Shown: positions 13,343-29,102, counted from the first letter of the stretch. The stretch: DNA of 64,000 bases from Mizuhopecten yessoensis (GCF_002113885.1 NW_018405922.1:218477-282476), one strand, 5' to 3'. The notes: generated by a model not told the origin, from the sequence alone. Numbers and translations are program-made.

Positions 13343-15284
13343 AATATTATTACAGAAACAGTTTGACTAACATATATATAAAAATGTATGTTTGTCTTTA
13401 TTAGTATATAAATTAAATCTTTGGAAAAGAAACCATAATAAACACTAGATACATATAGATAAGACATATTTTATTTTATATAAGTGATATAGATTTTCAT
13501 GTGTTTTGATTACTGCAAAATAGACACCATTATAAAATTACAGAATCAAGTTGGTATAACATGATGTATGAAACTGTTCTTTATTTATTTACAGACACAT
13601 TTTAAATTGTCTATTCTATTTCTTATTTTGTTGAGATAAAATGAGCAAGTTGCTCCCAAAAATTGAACATATACAGGTACATGACACTATACTATAGGGA
13701 TAAGCTTTCCATTAATGTTTTATAAATTAAATATAAAAAATTGATAACGTGATACATACAAATATTTATGCTGCGTACGATAGGTATAGTCGCGAACATA
13801 TCAATACAATTTTTTCCATTTTTTGATTAGCATACAACATGTTTCCATCTGTTTAAGTAAAGATAAATACAATTTCGAGACTGTTCTACAATGCCTCATG
13901 TGAGTTGTAGAGTCATTTTTCGTTTGTTTGTTTACCGTACACTGAAGTGTTTCCAAATGTTACAGTAAATATTTTCAAGGTAAATACAATTTTCGAGAGA
14001 TATGCTTCGTATGATTTGTAAAGTCGAGAATATATAAATATGTTTTTTTATTTGTTTGGTTAGCATACACTGTTTATGTATACAAATTGTTTAGAAAAAT
14101 ATCTGTAGCATAAATCATAATCGTCGTTTAGATCCAGGGTATGAGGTATCGAATATTAACATTTTGTTTTAACTCCGTTTCTTTTGGAATTAAGGTAACT
14201 TTTGTTTTGTTTTCGGATCTCCTACGTTACAGTTCTGTTTCTGTATTGGTTTTGAGCTCCAATCTTATTATTGTGTGGTCATTTTGTAATTTATCTTTTC
14301 TAATTTGACTATTTTTATCTCCCCCACTATAGCACTTTGATTAGCATTGAAATCAGAAAGTAGTATAAACAATCTACCGTAACCTCTGTGAATTGCGTAT
14401 CGAACAAGGTTGTCTGTGTCACATGTACACTTGTTTTACCGCGTTAGTACCTGGTAACAAGAACCCTTTATCTGATTTTGTATCACTATCGGGATACTTT
14501 ATACAAAGGAGAGGATTTTGAACGAATATTGATATAAGAACACTATCTAGTGAACCTAGCTAAAATATCCTTTTAATATAATGAGAATCAAACATCCAGC
14601 TGTTCAAAAATAATTTGTACTGGATGCCCACGTGGAGGTCTTTGAATACGTAGCGTCTCGTACCAACCATGATGAGAAGACCATTATATAGATTAGATTG
14701 CCATTTGTTCAGCTGGCCAGAAAAGTACAAAAATATATTCCCTTACCGGGCATCTGGTTTTCAGCTTTATCTAAATGGTAAGAGAAGAAGAGTAATACTT
14801 TTGATTTGATAAATAACGATTGACCATACATTACATAGTATACAATTGGTGGTGCTGTACATCGAACGTTTTCTCCTCAATGTAGATCCCAAACCGCTTT
14901 GCAGAAACCCTGCATATATCGCCTTTATCACTTCGATATAGGATGCAAAAGCATATTTCCTCTCCTTTAAGAAAGGCTATATGTTCTTGCTGTGCTGTGC
15001 ACTTGTTCCTTGTTTATTTTGTCGTAGTAGAAACCTTTATATAAAGATTGTGCTCTTTTATACCTTTTTTGATCCATATTTTTTCGCGTTTATCCTTGTC
15101 TTATTGCCCAGGATGCTCGGGATTTTTAGTGGTTACACACGTAACGATACATTTATCAATAGTATAGTTAGATATATCTTTCAACAAATATGTTTATGAA
15201 CTGATCACACAACCATTAAAAAAATAATCAACCAAACAATCAATTAATAAACCCATGTTTGTAAACTGATCAAGAAGCTGATAC

Positions 15285-15358
15285 ATCAACTGATATACCC
15301 ATCAACTGATATACCAATCAACTGATATACCCATCAACTGATATACCAATCAACTGAT
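15285..15358 (+). repeat. 16-bp tandem repeat ATCAACTGATATACC(C/A), about 4.5 copies
   Basis: Directly visible; final base alternates C/A. Confidence 0.85.
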
Positions 15359-18300
15359 CAATGAAGAAAAGTAATCCGTTAAGCAATACATCAATCAATC
15401 GATCAAAGAATTAATCAACAAACTAAAATTAACAACCATCTCATTACTTTCCGGATCGTTGGTGATACCAATAATGATGAATATTACCTAATTGTCTTAA
15501 TAAATCTTGCCCCGCTTGTATAAAACATCTGAACACTTGAGACTTCTGCAAGTCCAAGAGTTCCCATAGACAATACATTGCTTGCAGTTTTCCTCAACTT
15601 TGAGATGTTTTATACAAGTGTCCCTAAAGACGTAAATACTTATTATATATGATGACATGGTTCTGTGAATGTGATCATGGTTAATGTCAGGTATAGCATG
15701 ATTCTGAAATTATATTGTGTTATAGTGCTAATCCAAAACTTATTTAAGAGATTAACAGTACAATTAATAATTTAACGTTATACTCATGCGTGCAGGGATA
15801 TACCTTTACACTATGTATCTAGTGCCATTTAATACCAGAACATGGTGCGATAAGTTGACGTTCCATTTGTTCACGGTAAGACCAGTTAGAACATGCTAAT
15901 ACTGTACATGACAAATCCCCAATCGGCAAAAAATACTGCTAGAGGGGCAGAATTTGAAATATGTAGGAGTGGTAGATGAAACCGAAACACACGTGAGCCG
16001 GTCAAATAAGTAGGATTCATTGTTAAAGATAACCACAAGTATATATAACATTACAAAAAGTATGTGTACTATGTATTTATGGTCCATAGCATTTAATGTG
16101 CAGACAAGTATTCCAATGTCTTTCTTGATTCATCAAAAGAGAATATTTAACCAAATAAATAGTGATAAGGAAAGAAAGCATGCTATCACATATTACAAAG
16201 GGTATTATTACTTAATTTATTGGTATACATTCTTTCCTTAGATCTTTTTTGTATGCTTTCTCTTTGAAGTACTAAAGTCTGATGCATGCACGTACTTAGC
16301 TCATATATAATGGCATGTTCTCGACGCCCTGCTCAAATGTTATTTACGATGTGGTTGTATTTATTCGTGTGCATAACAATAATTTTGTATCAAATGTCAA
16401 CGATAACATCTTGTAATCATTGGCTTATCGTAAACAATGCATGGCTAAGTGTCGGATATATTGTACTTGGATATGAATACATGTTCAATCACATTGCACA
16501 TATTAAAAAGGCTCTTTGTCTTCACTATTTAGTTTAAACAAAGTATTGGATTTTTCAAAATTACTGATTCTTTTTTATTTATTATTTATTATATTTTCCA
16601 TTTTTTTTATGACATAAACATATATATATACACTATACACTATACATGGACGTCTAGAATCGCCTTTAAATAATGTACATACTGTTCAAAATATTCTATC
16701 AAGTATACATGTATATTAACAAATAAATATACATTCACATTTTTGATATAAAAACAAATTTCGTGATATTCCTGTCCGTACTCGATTCTAATTTTTATTG
16801 TGTTACAATCTAGTTCTGATTTCCGGTTAGAGTCACGATGGTGAACAGACTTACGGATTAATTTGAAGGGTTTGTTCAATTCGGAAACATAAACTGTTTT
16901 TGTTAATCTGTCTGATTAGATATTTGATTTTACCGAGATGATTGCAATGTTTACCTTATTCAGCAGCAATCCTTTACAACTGGCAGACTACATGTTTATG
17001 TGTTGTCAGAACACGAAGTGAGTAAGTACATTTGTATGTAGAAAACTCTGGTTAACCGTAGATTCCTTTTGTTTCCGGTTATTATTTCCACAACAGAAAT
17101 ATATAATTTATTTATAAACGGTGCTTTGTCAAGGAAGGTGAATTGAAAAAGGAGTAAATTTAAACGTTCTTATTCATGGATGATTTTCCGACAAACAAAC
17201 AATTGAAATATTAATTGTTTCTTATTGATAATATATAATCTAGGTTTGAATAATGAAAATGATTTTAAATCCAAAAAATTATGTTGGACTGATCTATTAA
17301 TTTTTTAGGAAAACAGTACTAATTGAAATATCAGAATCCAATTGTATCAATTTTTATTAGCGAAATAAAACATGTCGTCAAATTCATATTTTTATGCTCA
17401 ACATCTGAAGAATATTCTGTTTTTAATTATTATGAAAAATTCGTAAATTCATTATCTACCTTAAAATTGAACTTCTCTAACCCAGCTTGATACCACCTAG
17501 TCAACTTCATTAAACATGATAACAACATTTTCAAACTTTCATATATTGAACTTCATTTATATTTGATACGTTCAATCTAGGTTGATTTTAAGCCAGCCAT
17601 TATGGCTACAGTTTATTTGTCAAAACTATCAAATTGGTTTTCAGACTAAATTACAGCATTGCAAACGCAACATCTTAATTATGGTAGAAAATCCAAAATT
17701 CATTCTTGTTATATTTCATACACATCAGTGGACCTCAAACACAACATTGACTCGAAAAAACCCATTAATAGATTATTCTCAAAATTTCTATCTAGCGTTT
17801 GCATATATTCTTAATTCATTGTTTTTTATTCCATTTCCCCTATGTTTGTTTTTCTAGCCTTACATTTATTAATTCAAATTGACAATGATTAATTGTATTA
17901 TTTTTATTTCCTACTTTTGTGTGTACAGTTAACGTATGATATTAATGTACGTCTTGGTACCAGTTGGTTTTCCCCGCAAAGAATACCGCAAAATCTCAGG
18001 GCCGTTCATTCTCTATACTCTGCTCTTTATTTAAAGAATGTCATCAGAAATACTACGACCATCTTGATATATCATTATATACAATTATTTCATTCTAATC
18101 TTTTTTTGTAAATCTCGTATATTGAACTAATATCTGAAAGTTATACTCTATATTTATGTATTCGGGGTATGAAATATGTTAACTTGGTTTCGATATTTTC
18201 TTTATTTTTGTTATTATGTTTGTTGTTTTGTGCTTGTTGTTTATTCAGTTATGACATGTTTTTGTGGTTAGATTTCTGTAATGACTTAAGTCAAGTGAAG

Positions 18301-21300
18301 TATAAAATGTTACCGTTTAAGTGCTATTAGTTTTGCATGTATTTGCGGATGGTATTTGCGAGATTGATGTATACTTGTTTTCTGTTATATAGTATACTTG
18401 ACCCTGCTTTCGTTGAGAGACTCATATTATTGATGTGGCGATTCAGTGTATTTTGATTAGTTGATGTTTGCAAGGACTGAGGTGGGTCGATCATCGAAGA
18501 CTTAATAAGTTAGAGCGTTCGTCTAAACTTGGAAAGTCCTTGGTCCGATTTTTCTGCAGGTCTAATTCTTGTGTTTTCATTTGAAACATTTGGGTAAGAT
18601 GTACTTTTATTTTATACAGTATCCTTGTGGAGAGTTTGTCATTGTTGATGCTCTGCTGTTGTGGTATAGTTTTTGGTGGTTTTGTGTTTCTTGTACACTT
18701 GCGACCTTCATTATATATATAATTGTTATTGTATGGTATTTATGTCACCAGAGTACGGTGTTTGTATATGATAACAAGGTATGGCATTTGAAATAGCTGA
18801 TCCAGTACTATTCAGAATGAGTTGTAGATACTGTAATCATGTATTTTAGTTTGGTGTGGATGTTTTGGTCGAATAGTTTCTCCTTGTGTATATGGTTATG
18901 TGTAGTATATAATGACTTTTCTGTTATTGAATTTTGCGTGATACCTCTATCGTATATATGTTATGCATTGCCCTGATATATCTGATAATTGATAATTTAC
19001 ATGAACGTATTTGTGTACTCGATTATATATAAATTATCACATAATATTCTAAATAGCTGAAAATTTGACATAACGTGAGATTTTACATTACTTATAAATA
19101 ACACTGCCTAAACAGTCTATGATGTTATTCATTTAAAGATGTCATTTTTATTACATTATATGATATAACCCATATTACATGATTTATAAAAGGAAATAAA
19201 TTATTTGATACTTAAATCACGAAAATGTTTGGCAACATTTAAGAATATCATGAACATCCTTTGTGAGTCATATAGGTTATGGGCATAAAACGGAATCAGG
19301 ACATTGGTCCCCGCACTAGGTTACTATCAAGGCCTTTGGTGTTTAACGCTTAGTATACTTGACAAATATTTTAAATATATCTAAACTGCATCTTTATTTC
19401 ATGCATAAGTTTATATCATACATTCAGAGGATAATTGAAATGCTTTCACACTCGCATGTATTGATAAATTATCCGTTTTGTTAAAATTATACAATACCTC
19501 AAACATTTGAACTGGTCATTGAGTTGGCTAGGAATTTAAAAATCTGAGTCTAGTGGTTAGTTGTGAGTCATATGTAACACTCCGACACATGATAGCATAA
19601 CTGCGATGATCTCAGTCGCTAAAATTAGAATTTTGGAAAAAACATTATTCCAGAAATGTTTAACACAATTATTCAGTTAAAATAACTAAAATGTTTGGTG
19701 ATAAAAACTGTTAAGAAGAAGCGGCCTACTATATAGGTAAGGTACCAATATGTATCGTTTTGAGTTCAAAACATATATCGGTTAGATTATAAAAAAACCT
19801 TTCTATAAAGTTTTACTGTAATTTAAGTAAGTTATTGGATAAACGAGGAAACGTAAATAAATACTACTGCGACATAAATATACCATTCATCCACTAATTT
19901 GTGTTTACGATTGAAAACCAAATAGTTTCCTACACCCATTAGCCTAATATAGATGCTATTAGTCTTCGTGGTTGCGGTGGTTCCATTCACGACACCGTTC
20001 ATCAGAATAGATATACACAAAGCTCTACTTTATAGTATATTATGTTTATTTATGTTGTAACAGACCAATGCCTGCGAGAAAAACTTGATATCAGCTTAAA
20101 TTTGTCAATAGCAAATTTAAGGTGAGGACTCATGCATGGTGCTGACATTTTGTAAAATAATAGTGAAGGTTATGCAGTTATTTTTTATAAACCAATGTGT
20201 TCATAGCTGCTATAAATATTAACCTTTAAAAAGTATATTGTTACTATCATGATTTATTTTAAAAGGACAAGATTAAGACTAATTTACTTTATCATATGGA
20301 CTTGGAATGTACATATGTTGATGACGACGGTCAACCACCCTTTCCCCCTTTGCTTAACAGTTTCTGCCATTTACATTTAGAAGGTTTATGCATAACTATG
20401 AATTTTAGTCTAGGACAATGTTCGTTACATGTAACGTCAAACAATAAATATCCTCTTTAAATTATGGATATTTCGCAAGTCAGACGTTTGTTAATTGACT
20501 GCTATAGACTGGTATGTGTAACTTTTCACACAATCATTAATAACATGGATAAAGAATTCACTGTCACATTTCAACCAACAGTTTGTTATTTTGTATCTTT
20601 GTAGAATGTGAAAAAGTAGTTTATACTCCTTGTTGAGTATAAAATGCGACTGACCAAATGTTACCAATGGCTTAAAAGGTCAGTTTTTAAAGAGGATTCA
20701 CAGCTGAATTCAACCATTGTCTTTAAAGGTCACGAGTTAAACTCGAATAGATCCAATCACATTGTGTCATACAACCTTCAGCAAAACAAACCATATAGGC
20801 CAACAAATTAACACAAGGCATGTGTTCGAAATACAGCAAAATAACTGTTGAGGGAATGTCAAATTGAATTTAATCCTTTGTTCCCTTTTATTACTTTTGA
20901 ATATCGTCAGTCGGTTCAGGGTAAGCACTTACTTGCTGATACTGTAGTTACTTTTACCCTATACTACAACATACGTTAGGACCGATATGTTTGGCGGTAG
21001 TAAAGCAATTTTCACGCTCTCTTGATTGTGCATTGACTTTCATTTATTTTTGTGTTTCTGTGTGTATCGACGGAAATGTCATCTGCTATCATGTAATTCT
21101 GTTGGTAGATATATGTAACCAGTTGAGGTGAAATATTACTGTGAGGTAGCTGTTATTTTTTTCAGTGCGAGGCAATGTCACATAGCATTTCAGTGATCAA
21201 TCAAATAACCCCTTCATCTTGTGACCTTTACAGTATCACAGTCTAAAATAATAATGTTTAAAGCTTGTATTAAACATATTTTCTTTACCAAAATTCAGAA

Positions 21301-23430
21301 TTATCTATAAATGTGTGCTGCGCAAAAAATATTCTTAGCATTTTATTTATATATCTTTTTGTATTTTATACCTTTCTTTTAATAGTTATTATTATTTTCA
21401 AATAAAGAGGAATTATTTACGAATGTCTTGCTTACTAACGTTATACCGTAATTTCAACAAGAGTTCAACCTGAATATACCAATAAGGCGGCGTTGAACTA
21501 ACATGTGTAGTATGCTACCAAAAACCGCACGCTAGTCGTACATTTCCAATATATGTAGGGTGCCGTAACTTATATAGCGCTACTCGTTTAAGCTGTAAGT
21601 AACGTAGATATACTGGCTAATATTGGTTAATATTAGTTTATCTGCTTACAAATCTGGCTATTTAACCGTTATGCAGTATAGAAATCAGTAGAAATAACTT
21701 CATTCCTTATATTTTGAAGGACATTTGCGATTTTGTATGCATTTAAGTTAAACCGCAATTAATTTGGTTATCATTTCTAACAATAAGATCTACTTTGAAC
21801 CGGTTTTAATTTTCGTAACATTGATAGTGTTTTGATACGTTTGCTGTACAGAGCTTAAACGAAGCACACATATATGTTATATTGAGGTCTTTGTCACCAG
21901 CTTTATAGTTCACCAAGAGTGATTTAAACAGGCATTAATATATGTATACAATTCATAAAATACTAATTGTACAAAATAACACAAAGTATTTTTTTTACTT
22001 CATAACAATGAAAAAAGAAAGGTATACTCTATAACACCAAATAAATATTATACTTTATTACACCAAACTATTTCTATATTTAATATCAACAATTAATTTT
22101 ATACCATATAACTCAAAATAGCCTTTGTACTATATTTCAGTAAATTATAATTACACTTGTTACCACTAATTAAATATTTAACTATAAAACACCAAATAAT
22201 TGACTAGGCTATAAAACAAGTAATTACTATGAAACACTAATTGATTGCTCTTTCTATAAAAACGATAATTATTAGCAATGATATACAAATACCAATCATA
22301 TCGGAATATCAAACAATTATTCTGTACTATCAATCACCACGCGATTATAACACTATATTATATTCAATAAAAGCAATACTTTATAGCCAAAAACCATTAC
22401 TGTACGAAATAACGGAGCATAATTGCTTGATTTCACATTGTCATTTCTCGGAAACAAATACTTAAAGTATTAACAATGTTTCTGACAAACTGTTTTCCAT
22501 TGCTGCCTCATGCGTAGCTATGCCGTCAAATACTTGAAGTCTTACTAATTAAACACAGGAATTACAACGAGATTCACGGTTTGATTAATATCACCCACGA
22601 TGATATTACCCAAGCGTTGAAATAATATAGCAAGGCTATTTATTTGACAAAACCATTTATCATAACAAGTCAATGCTAATTGTCACTTGTCATGATTATC
22701 TAGAAAATATTGTAATTGAAGGGCAGTAGTTTTAGAACGCTTAATCAACGAAAAATACTATCAATGAACTTCATTTGCTAAAAATATAATTACTTTTTTT
22801 AAATAATGTATTCAATCTTTTCATATTAAATAGTCACATATTGTTTTCATTAATATTTGACCTCCATGGATTCATCAAAGTTTGAACATGAACTTTGCTT
22901 TTCTGCTTCGTAAAACGATTTGTTTGCCTGGGTAACTTTTTAAAACTTATCTCCTCTGTATAACTATTTTATCGATGATAAAAACGTCTTCGTTATAAAT
23001 ATATGACCAGCAATATTAACAGTATGCTAAAATATATTTATATTTCAATCACATGCCAAACGCCCTGAATCAGTTATGTGTTTTAATAACACAGAAACAA
23101 AACGTAATGTTATGTGTTTGTATTTTAAGTTTTCATCCTAATCAAATTTTAGTAATTTTTTAATACAAATGAAGAGAACAGTGTTTGATCACTTTGTAAC
23201 CTAGGTCATGTTCACGGTCAAAGTGCGAGTTAATCTGCGCGTGAATAAAAATACACCATGTAACCTTGAAACAGTCTTCTTGCTGATTACCTTGTCGCTT
23301 TCTTCGATGAATGTGTTTAGAGGTAAGTGTAAAGATTTGCAAACTTAGACTTATTATGATTATTATTAACGTTTATATTTAAAAACAAATCACATACAGT
23401 GGAAAATAGCACGTATACTAACTAGTAAAT

Positions 23431-23494
23431 ACAGGAACGAACAAACACTCAGTTACAGCACACAGGAACGAACAAACACTCAGTTACAGCACAC
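23431..23494 (+). repeat. Two-copy tandem duplication of about 31 bp
   Basis: acaggaacgaacaaacactcagttacagcac twice. Confidence 0.85.
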
Positions 23495-26400
23495 AGCAAC
23501 TCCTTATTATATTTAAAAAAAATAACGATCATTTTTGTATTATTGGTCTAACAGTTACATCATTAACTTCCAAACATGTTATTTTTTAGCTATAGAGCGT
23601 TATAACTATGATTCTATTGGTATAGCATGTTTTCATTCTATCAGTATTGGGAGCGGCAGGAATAACGGGAAATCGTTTTGTACGGATACCTTTCAGTTTA
23701 TTTTGGTGTATTATATCCTTCTTTGTTGACGTTTCTATTTGCCGTATTTGATCCCTATCCACATTTTTCATTTTTTTCGCACCAAATTGTCACATTTATA
23801 TAAGACATCATAAACCAATACTAACATAAAGCATACTTGATCCTCATTCAAATTGATATATAAATATTTATATATCTCTTTTGATGGTCTTTCTTTTCTT
23901 TAACGTTCCGGGAACGAATTTCGACTTCGGTAGAAATGTTAGCAACTTTGTTACTGGTTCGACTCTGTCGTTGGGGTGACCTCATATATTATTGGGATAT
24001 GTTAATTCAGTTTACAGGTGTTACGACACTTCGGGACGTCGGTAATGTTACTTAACTACAGTGTATCCTACCGTCAAGAGAGCATTACTTCCATTACAAT
24101 TCATTTTGTATCAACAACAAAATTTTATGATCGTCGATTTACCATTTTCACAAATATGGAGGACAATGCTAGCTATGTGATTTATTTTAGTTCTTTTGTG
24201 ACATTTCGGCATCGCTGATTAACATATTTTAATAAAAAAAAACACAAATGTCAAATGCATCGAATATAAGTTAAAATAGTACCCCAACGCTTTGACATCG
24301 TAACAACATAATGACAACCAATATGGTATTATTTGAAAGTTTTTTTTATCGAATGTATAAAATTGGTGAGTAAAGCATCCATGTACGAATACAACTTCAC
24401 GTTTCAAAGTAAGTTAACAGTGTTAATTATATCCATATGTCATAGTTCCATATATTGTTATAAAGCAAACTTACTAAAGTACTTTAAATGTTACAATTCC
24501 AACAATGGAGTGTAACCCGGACACGGCTGACGTAAAGTATGAAGTCATACTTGTCGTAAGATATGGTAATATACAGACATTACGTTCCTATGTACAGATG
24601 GTTTGTCAGTGCACTCAATATCCTTGAGCAAGATCTACGATGTAGGTTGTGATAAAGCGGTATTTACGAACCTCAAATTATCATTATTATAATTTGTAAA
24701 GAGAGTTTTTCCCTCAGTTAAATACCTTGTATTACGCTGTATAATCCGTTAAATGATGCGCGTGCAATGCAAGCCATCTGCTCCTATATCGATCGGTGTG
24801 TAGACGTGTCAAATCGATATCTAGTCACAATTTACACATCGTAGCTTAAGGTCGATTATATATCGGCATGCAGATATAACTGTGGAAATTAAAATGAATC
24901 ATCGAATATCATTACAGTCGAGAACGCGAATCGCAAAACCTCGTGTTGAAATGTATGAAAAGTAAGAACCATTTACGATTTAGTACGTGTGATTAAAAAG
25001 TCGAGTTCGTCAACGTTAAACAAGATAATGCCTTGGACCCCCTCTATATCACCTAAATAGGAGACTTAGATTTGTTTTTCTTATTCTTTAATGTATTTTA
25101 AATATATATTTTTTTATCAAATTTGATCTGGTACAAGCTTTATCAGGCTCAGATTATTCGTGACTGTAAACCCCCCTCTGATTTGAGGAAATCATCATAT
25201 AGTTGAAATCAGGTACAGGTGACTGTCAAGATTTCTCGGGTTTCTTTTTCTTTTGATCGATGCTTCCTCTGTTCGTTTTTGTTGTTTTTCTCTGTCGACA
25301 TCGGGTTCTGGGCCCGTATTCCCGAAACCGTTCCCATGCTCAAGCTTAATTTCTTGTTCGGGTTAAAAAAATAATAATTTAACTTTTTGTCAATGATATC
25401 GAAACTTATTTTGTTGTTTTCTCTAGTAGTTAGAGATGAAATCCTTTGAAGTGATTCGTTCGAAGTTCAACCCTTTAGCTTCGATTGGTATACCTGTTAG
25501 TTTGAGCACAAAAGCCATGCTTGAGCATGGAATCTGTTAAAAATAATCTGTTTTATTTTTGGGGTGGTCACTTCATACCAGATTGATTGTATCGATCAGT
25601 TCTATGGTGGCTCGACATACAACCGATTTCCCCTATTTCTCGATACCAAAAAATATGAACTAAATGTTTTACTTTCAGTTATAATCAGTAATATTATACG
25701 AAAGTAAACTTAGCCACGCTTCTGTTTTTTCAATGTCTTTTAAAGAAGGATGGGTTTAATATCATTATTCCTTTGTTAATAAAATGCAAGTCACTGTGAC
25801 ATGGTTCGTAGTGATTACGTCGATCACAAACAGGCACACATCGGGACTCTTGACTAGTTCAAATTAAACGGGACATGCATTTGTCAAACTTATGGAATAA
25901 TCCATTCATTTATTTCAAAAGTTTACATAGAAATCTAAAGTTTACTGATCTTTAAGAGAGGTGTTTACTCTGTGTGTTTGGTGAATGGAATGCTTATAAT
26001 TTCTCCTGAAGTCTGGTCGATATGTCCATTTGTTAGAATGATTAATGTAGGTAACACACATAAAGTTGCATCTTCAAATTTGATAAAAGATACATGGTAC
26101 CAAAATTGTAATAACAGAAGCCCCATTTAGCAATTCTGACTTTCTAGATCTCATCAGCGATACCAGGGGCTAAAATGGTGGATATGTAAATTTGCCTTAA
26201 GTAATGGTGAAACAGAAGGGGAGGTGCGAAACAGATAAGTTGCTATAATAATGCATTTGGGACTTGTGCTATTGCATAAAGCAGATACAAAGCTTGTAAG
26301 AATTGATTATAACTGACATTTAATTTATGAAGTGGATATCCACTGTATAAATAAAAATTCAAAATAGTCGTTTAAATATTCAATATTTTCACCATTTTAT

Positions 26401-26732
26401 TTCTTTGTTTTCATTATTAGAGTTAAAATTTCAGTCTCATAATGTTTCTTGGCGAATGAAGGGTTATGTCATCGAGCAGGTCAAATGACCGCGAAAATAT
26501 TTTGTTGAATATTAATACGTATTCGCACTGTTACACACAGGGCATGGGTCTACGATCAGTCATCCGAGATATAAAGAAATGTATGTTTCTACACGAGATT
26601 GAAATATAACTCTCCAAGTGCAGCTAGTATGATGAATAAACAATTAACTGATACTCTATACTTAGTCTGTTTGTCTTTGCGTGTTCGCAAGTCTCTCGGT
26701 ACAAGAAACGGAGTGTAAATAATACCCGATCG

Positions 26733-26955
26733 CGGAAGCCTATCTGCACGACAATTCTATTGGCTATTGGTTTGTATCGAGGGCACTGATTGGTTGTGTA
26801 TTGTTTAAAATATCCGGTCTAGATAAAGTATAATGGTCCCATTCATGAATTGGACTTGACAGCGTTTGAAAGCATTATAATCGTTATCCATGCAATCAAA
26901 TAAGTATTATGTATAGAGTAATCGTACTCGGACTAACTGGTTCAGGTATAAATAC
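26733..26955 (+). promoter_or_regulatory. Candidate upstream promoter and non-coding first exon of the ETS gene
   Basis: Three inverted CCAAT boxes (ATTGG at 26759, 26766, 26789), ETS cores CGGAAG (26733) and TATCCGGT (26811), possible donor TTCAG|gtataa at 26945. The exon at 29082 starts with 5' UTR, so a non-coding upstream exon is expected. Confidence 0.3.
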
Positions 26956-27129
26956 AAGTCGTTTTAAACGGTTTAATTATTGTATCCCTTTGACGAGGTA
27001 TACAAGCGGACACTTCGGATATTATTGTGTTTAAATTAACAGCGTTCTAAATATTTGGATTATCAGAAATGACAGTGTAATATTTTATATACTACACCGT
27101 GCTTATTTACACATCGCCTGGATTTATTT

Positions 27130-28345
27130 AGGTAATAATCGTTTTCCAATATTTCCATAGGCAATAAGCGTTATCAAGATCTAAAACTAAAATACGGGTT
27201 GTGCAAGACTTAATTGATGAGTGTTCTCTGCGATTAATAGAACCTATAAGCGTTCTTCATAATTGAAATATGAATTAAGTGCTATATATGATTAATATAG
27301 GAAATACGAATTTTTACGTATTATATGAGTAATGCAGACTTTGACGGTAGGTATGAAAAAGAATATTCTAGTGGCGACACATCTTCTCTTCTCCAGGCTT
27401 TGTGAAATTAGTGTTTGTTTTATATTTCTCACCTAGGCATTTAGCATAATAAGCGTTGTTCAAGATTAGCAGAGGTAATAAGCGTTCGTCAAGAGTTTAT
27501 TTATATGTACGAAATGTAAATGGCAATTTTCACGATATAAAGTAAGCATTCTTCAGGATTTAACAAAGGTGGTAAGCGTTTTTCAGGATTTTACATTAGA
27601 ATAATTGTTTTGGTTTAATTTTTGTTTAACGTCCTATTAACAGTTTATTTAAAGACGTGCCTCCATGTGTGTAAAGTATGCGTGCTTGCGTGTGTGTGTG
27701 CAGGAAACGGTATGGTGGTGTGCTTGCCTCCTTGTGATAGCGCGGATCTGATACCGACTTTGTAGTGCTATCTCACTGAAATACCATGCCGTAGGCACCC
27801 AGCACAGCATTCCGCCCGGTTACATTATACTGACAACGGATGAACCAGTTGTTGCCATTCCCCTTAATGCTGAACGTACAGCAGGGAATAACAACTACCA
27901 TTTTTTAGGACTTTGGTATGTCCCGGCTTGGAAACAGAACCCATTGCCTTCCTCACCTAGGCGAACGCTCATTATTAAGGCCAAAAGTCAGGAAATAAAA
28001 GGTAGTTAGAAGTAGAAAGCAAGATTAAGATCCCATAAATTGCAATGGGTGCAGCAGATTCATTTTGGTCACTTTTGTGTCCCCAAATAGAGGACACCAA
28101 AGCAAATCCTCAATTCTGTAGAGGGTTCACATTAGTCGCCGCCTATGATACATGCAGTGGGAAACAGCAGGTGTATTGTTTTCCTGATTCCCCTCCTGCA
28201 GGGGTTGCATTAAGCATTCTTCAGGAATTACATTAGTAAAAAGCGTTCTTCAGGATTTCCATTGGAAATAAGTGTTTTCCAGGTAATACGCTTTCTGAAG
28301 TATTTACACAGGTTTTGAGCTTTGAGTGTTTACATAAACAATAAG
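27130..28345 (+). repeat. Degenerate ~30-bp satellite (ggtaataagcgttcttcaggatttacat) split by a SINE
   Basis: Recurrent aataagcgtt/taagcattcttcagga units at 27130-27610 and 28207-28345. Confidence 0.6.
27610..28205 (-). mobile_element. Composite SINE family B, full-length copy
   Basis: Reverse complement runs from cccctgcagg through the central aatggtagttg / tcagtataatg core to the ctgttaataggacgttaaac tail. Confidence 0.8.
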
Positions 28346-29102
28346 AGTTAAACGTCCCCTATGATAAAACTTCATCCTCTTTTGTGTCGTTTCTAAAGTC
28401 AACTTCCTTTTTATTACGCTGTGCATATGCTAAGTTTAGCGATAAAAATGTTTTCGCTCCGAACCCCCCCCCCCCGCTAAATTGAACAAAGTGTAATGAA
28501 CAAAGTGTAAATTATAAGTGATTGTCAAATATTGTGGTCAACTTGTCATTAAGCTACATAAAAACCGTGCGACTGAAACTGTCTGGTGAAGTTTAACTAG
28601 GGACTTTATGCAAAATACTTACCCTTCCTGAACACCTTGTCTTATCCTCCTTGTACTTGGTCTTTTACACGGATTGCGAATTAAATTTTTTTTTTTCACA
28701 TTTTGCCCTAGTTTTGCGATTTTTATTTCGAGCTTTGGATTTTTCGACACTTCGGTATTGTCCTGTTCTTGTCTTATCTTTATTATATAATTGTATTGAT
28801 TCAGCGTTTGTTATGAGTAATTCTGAGTAAATTATTTTGAAAGGCAACATATATATTGGGATTGACGCATAATTTGATGATCCGAACTCTGCATTGATTT
28901 CTCGTGAATTAATTTAACTATTGTGTGTATTCAAAGTGCTAGGATAGGTTATGCATTTCGATACTGTATCATAAAGCCATTAACGTTTTATACACGACAT
29001 TATATATTCATAACAGACACTATATTTAACCATATGATTTCTCTTCAATAATTATCCTTCCTTTGTCTTTGCTTGTCATAGATTTGACTGGATAACAACG
29101 AT

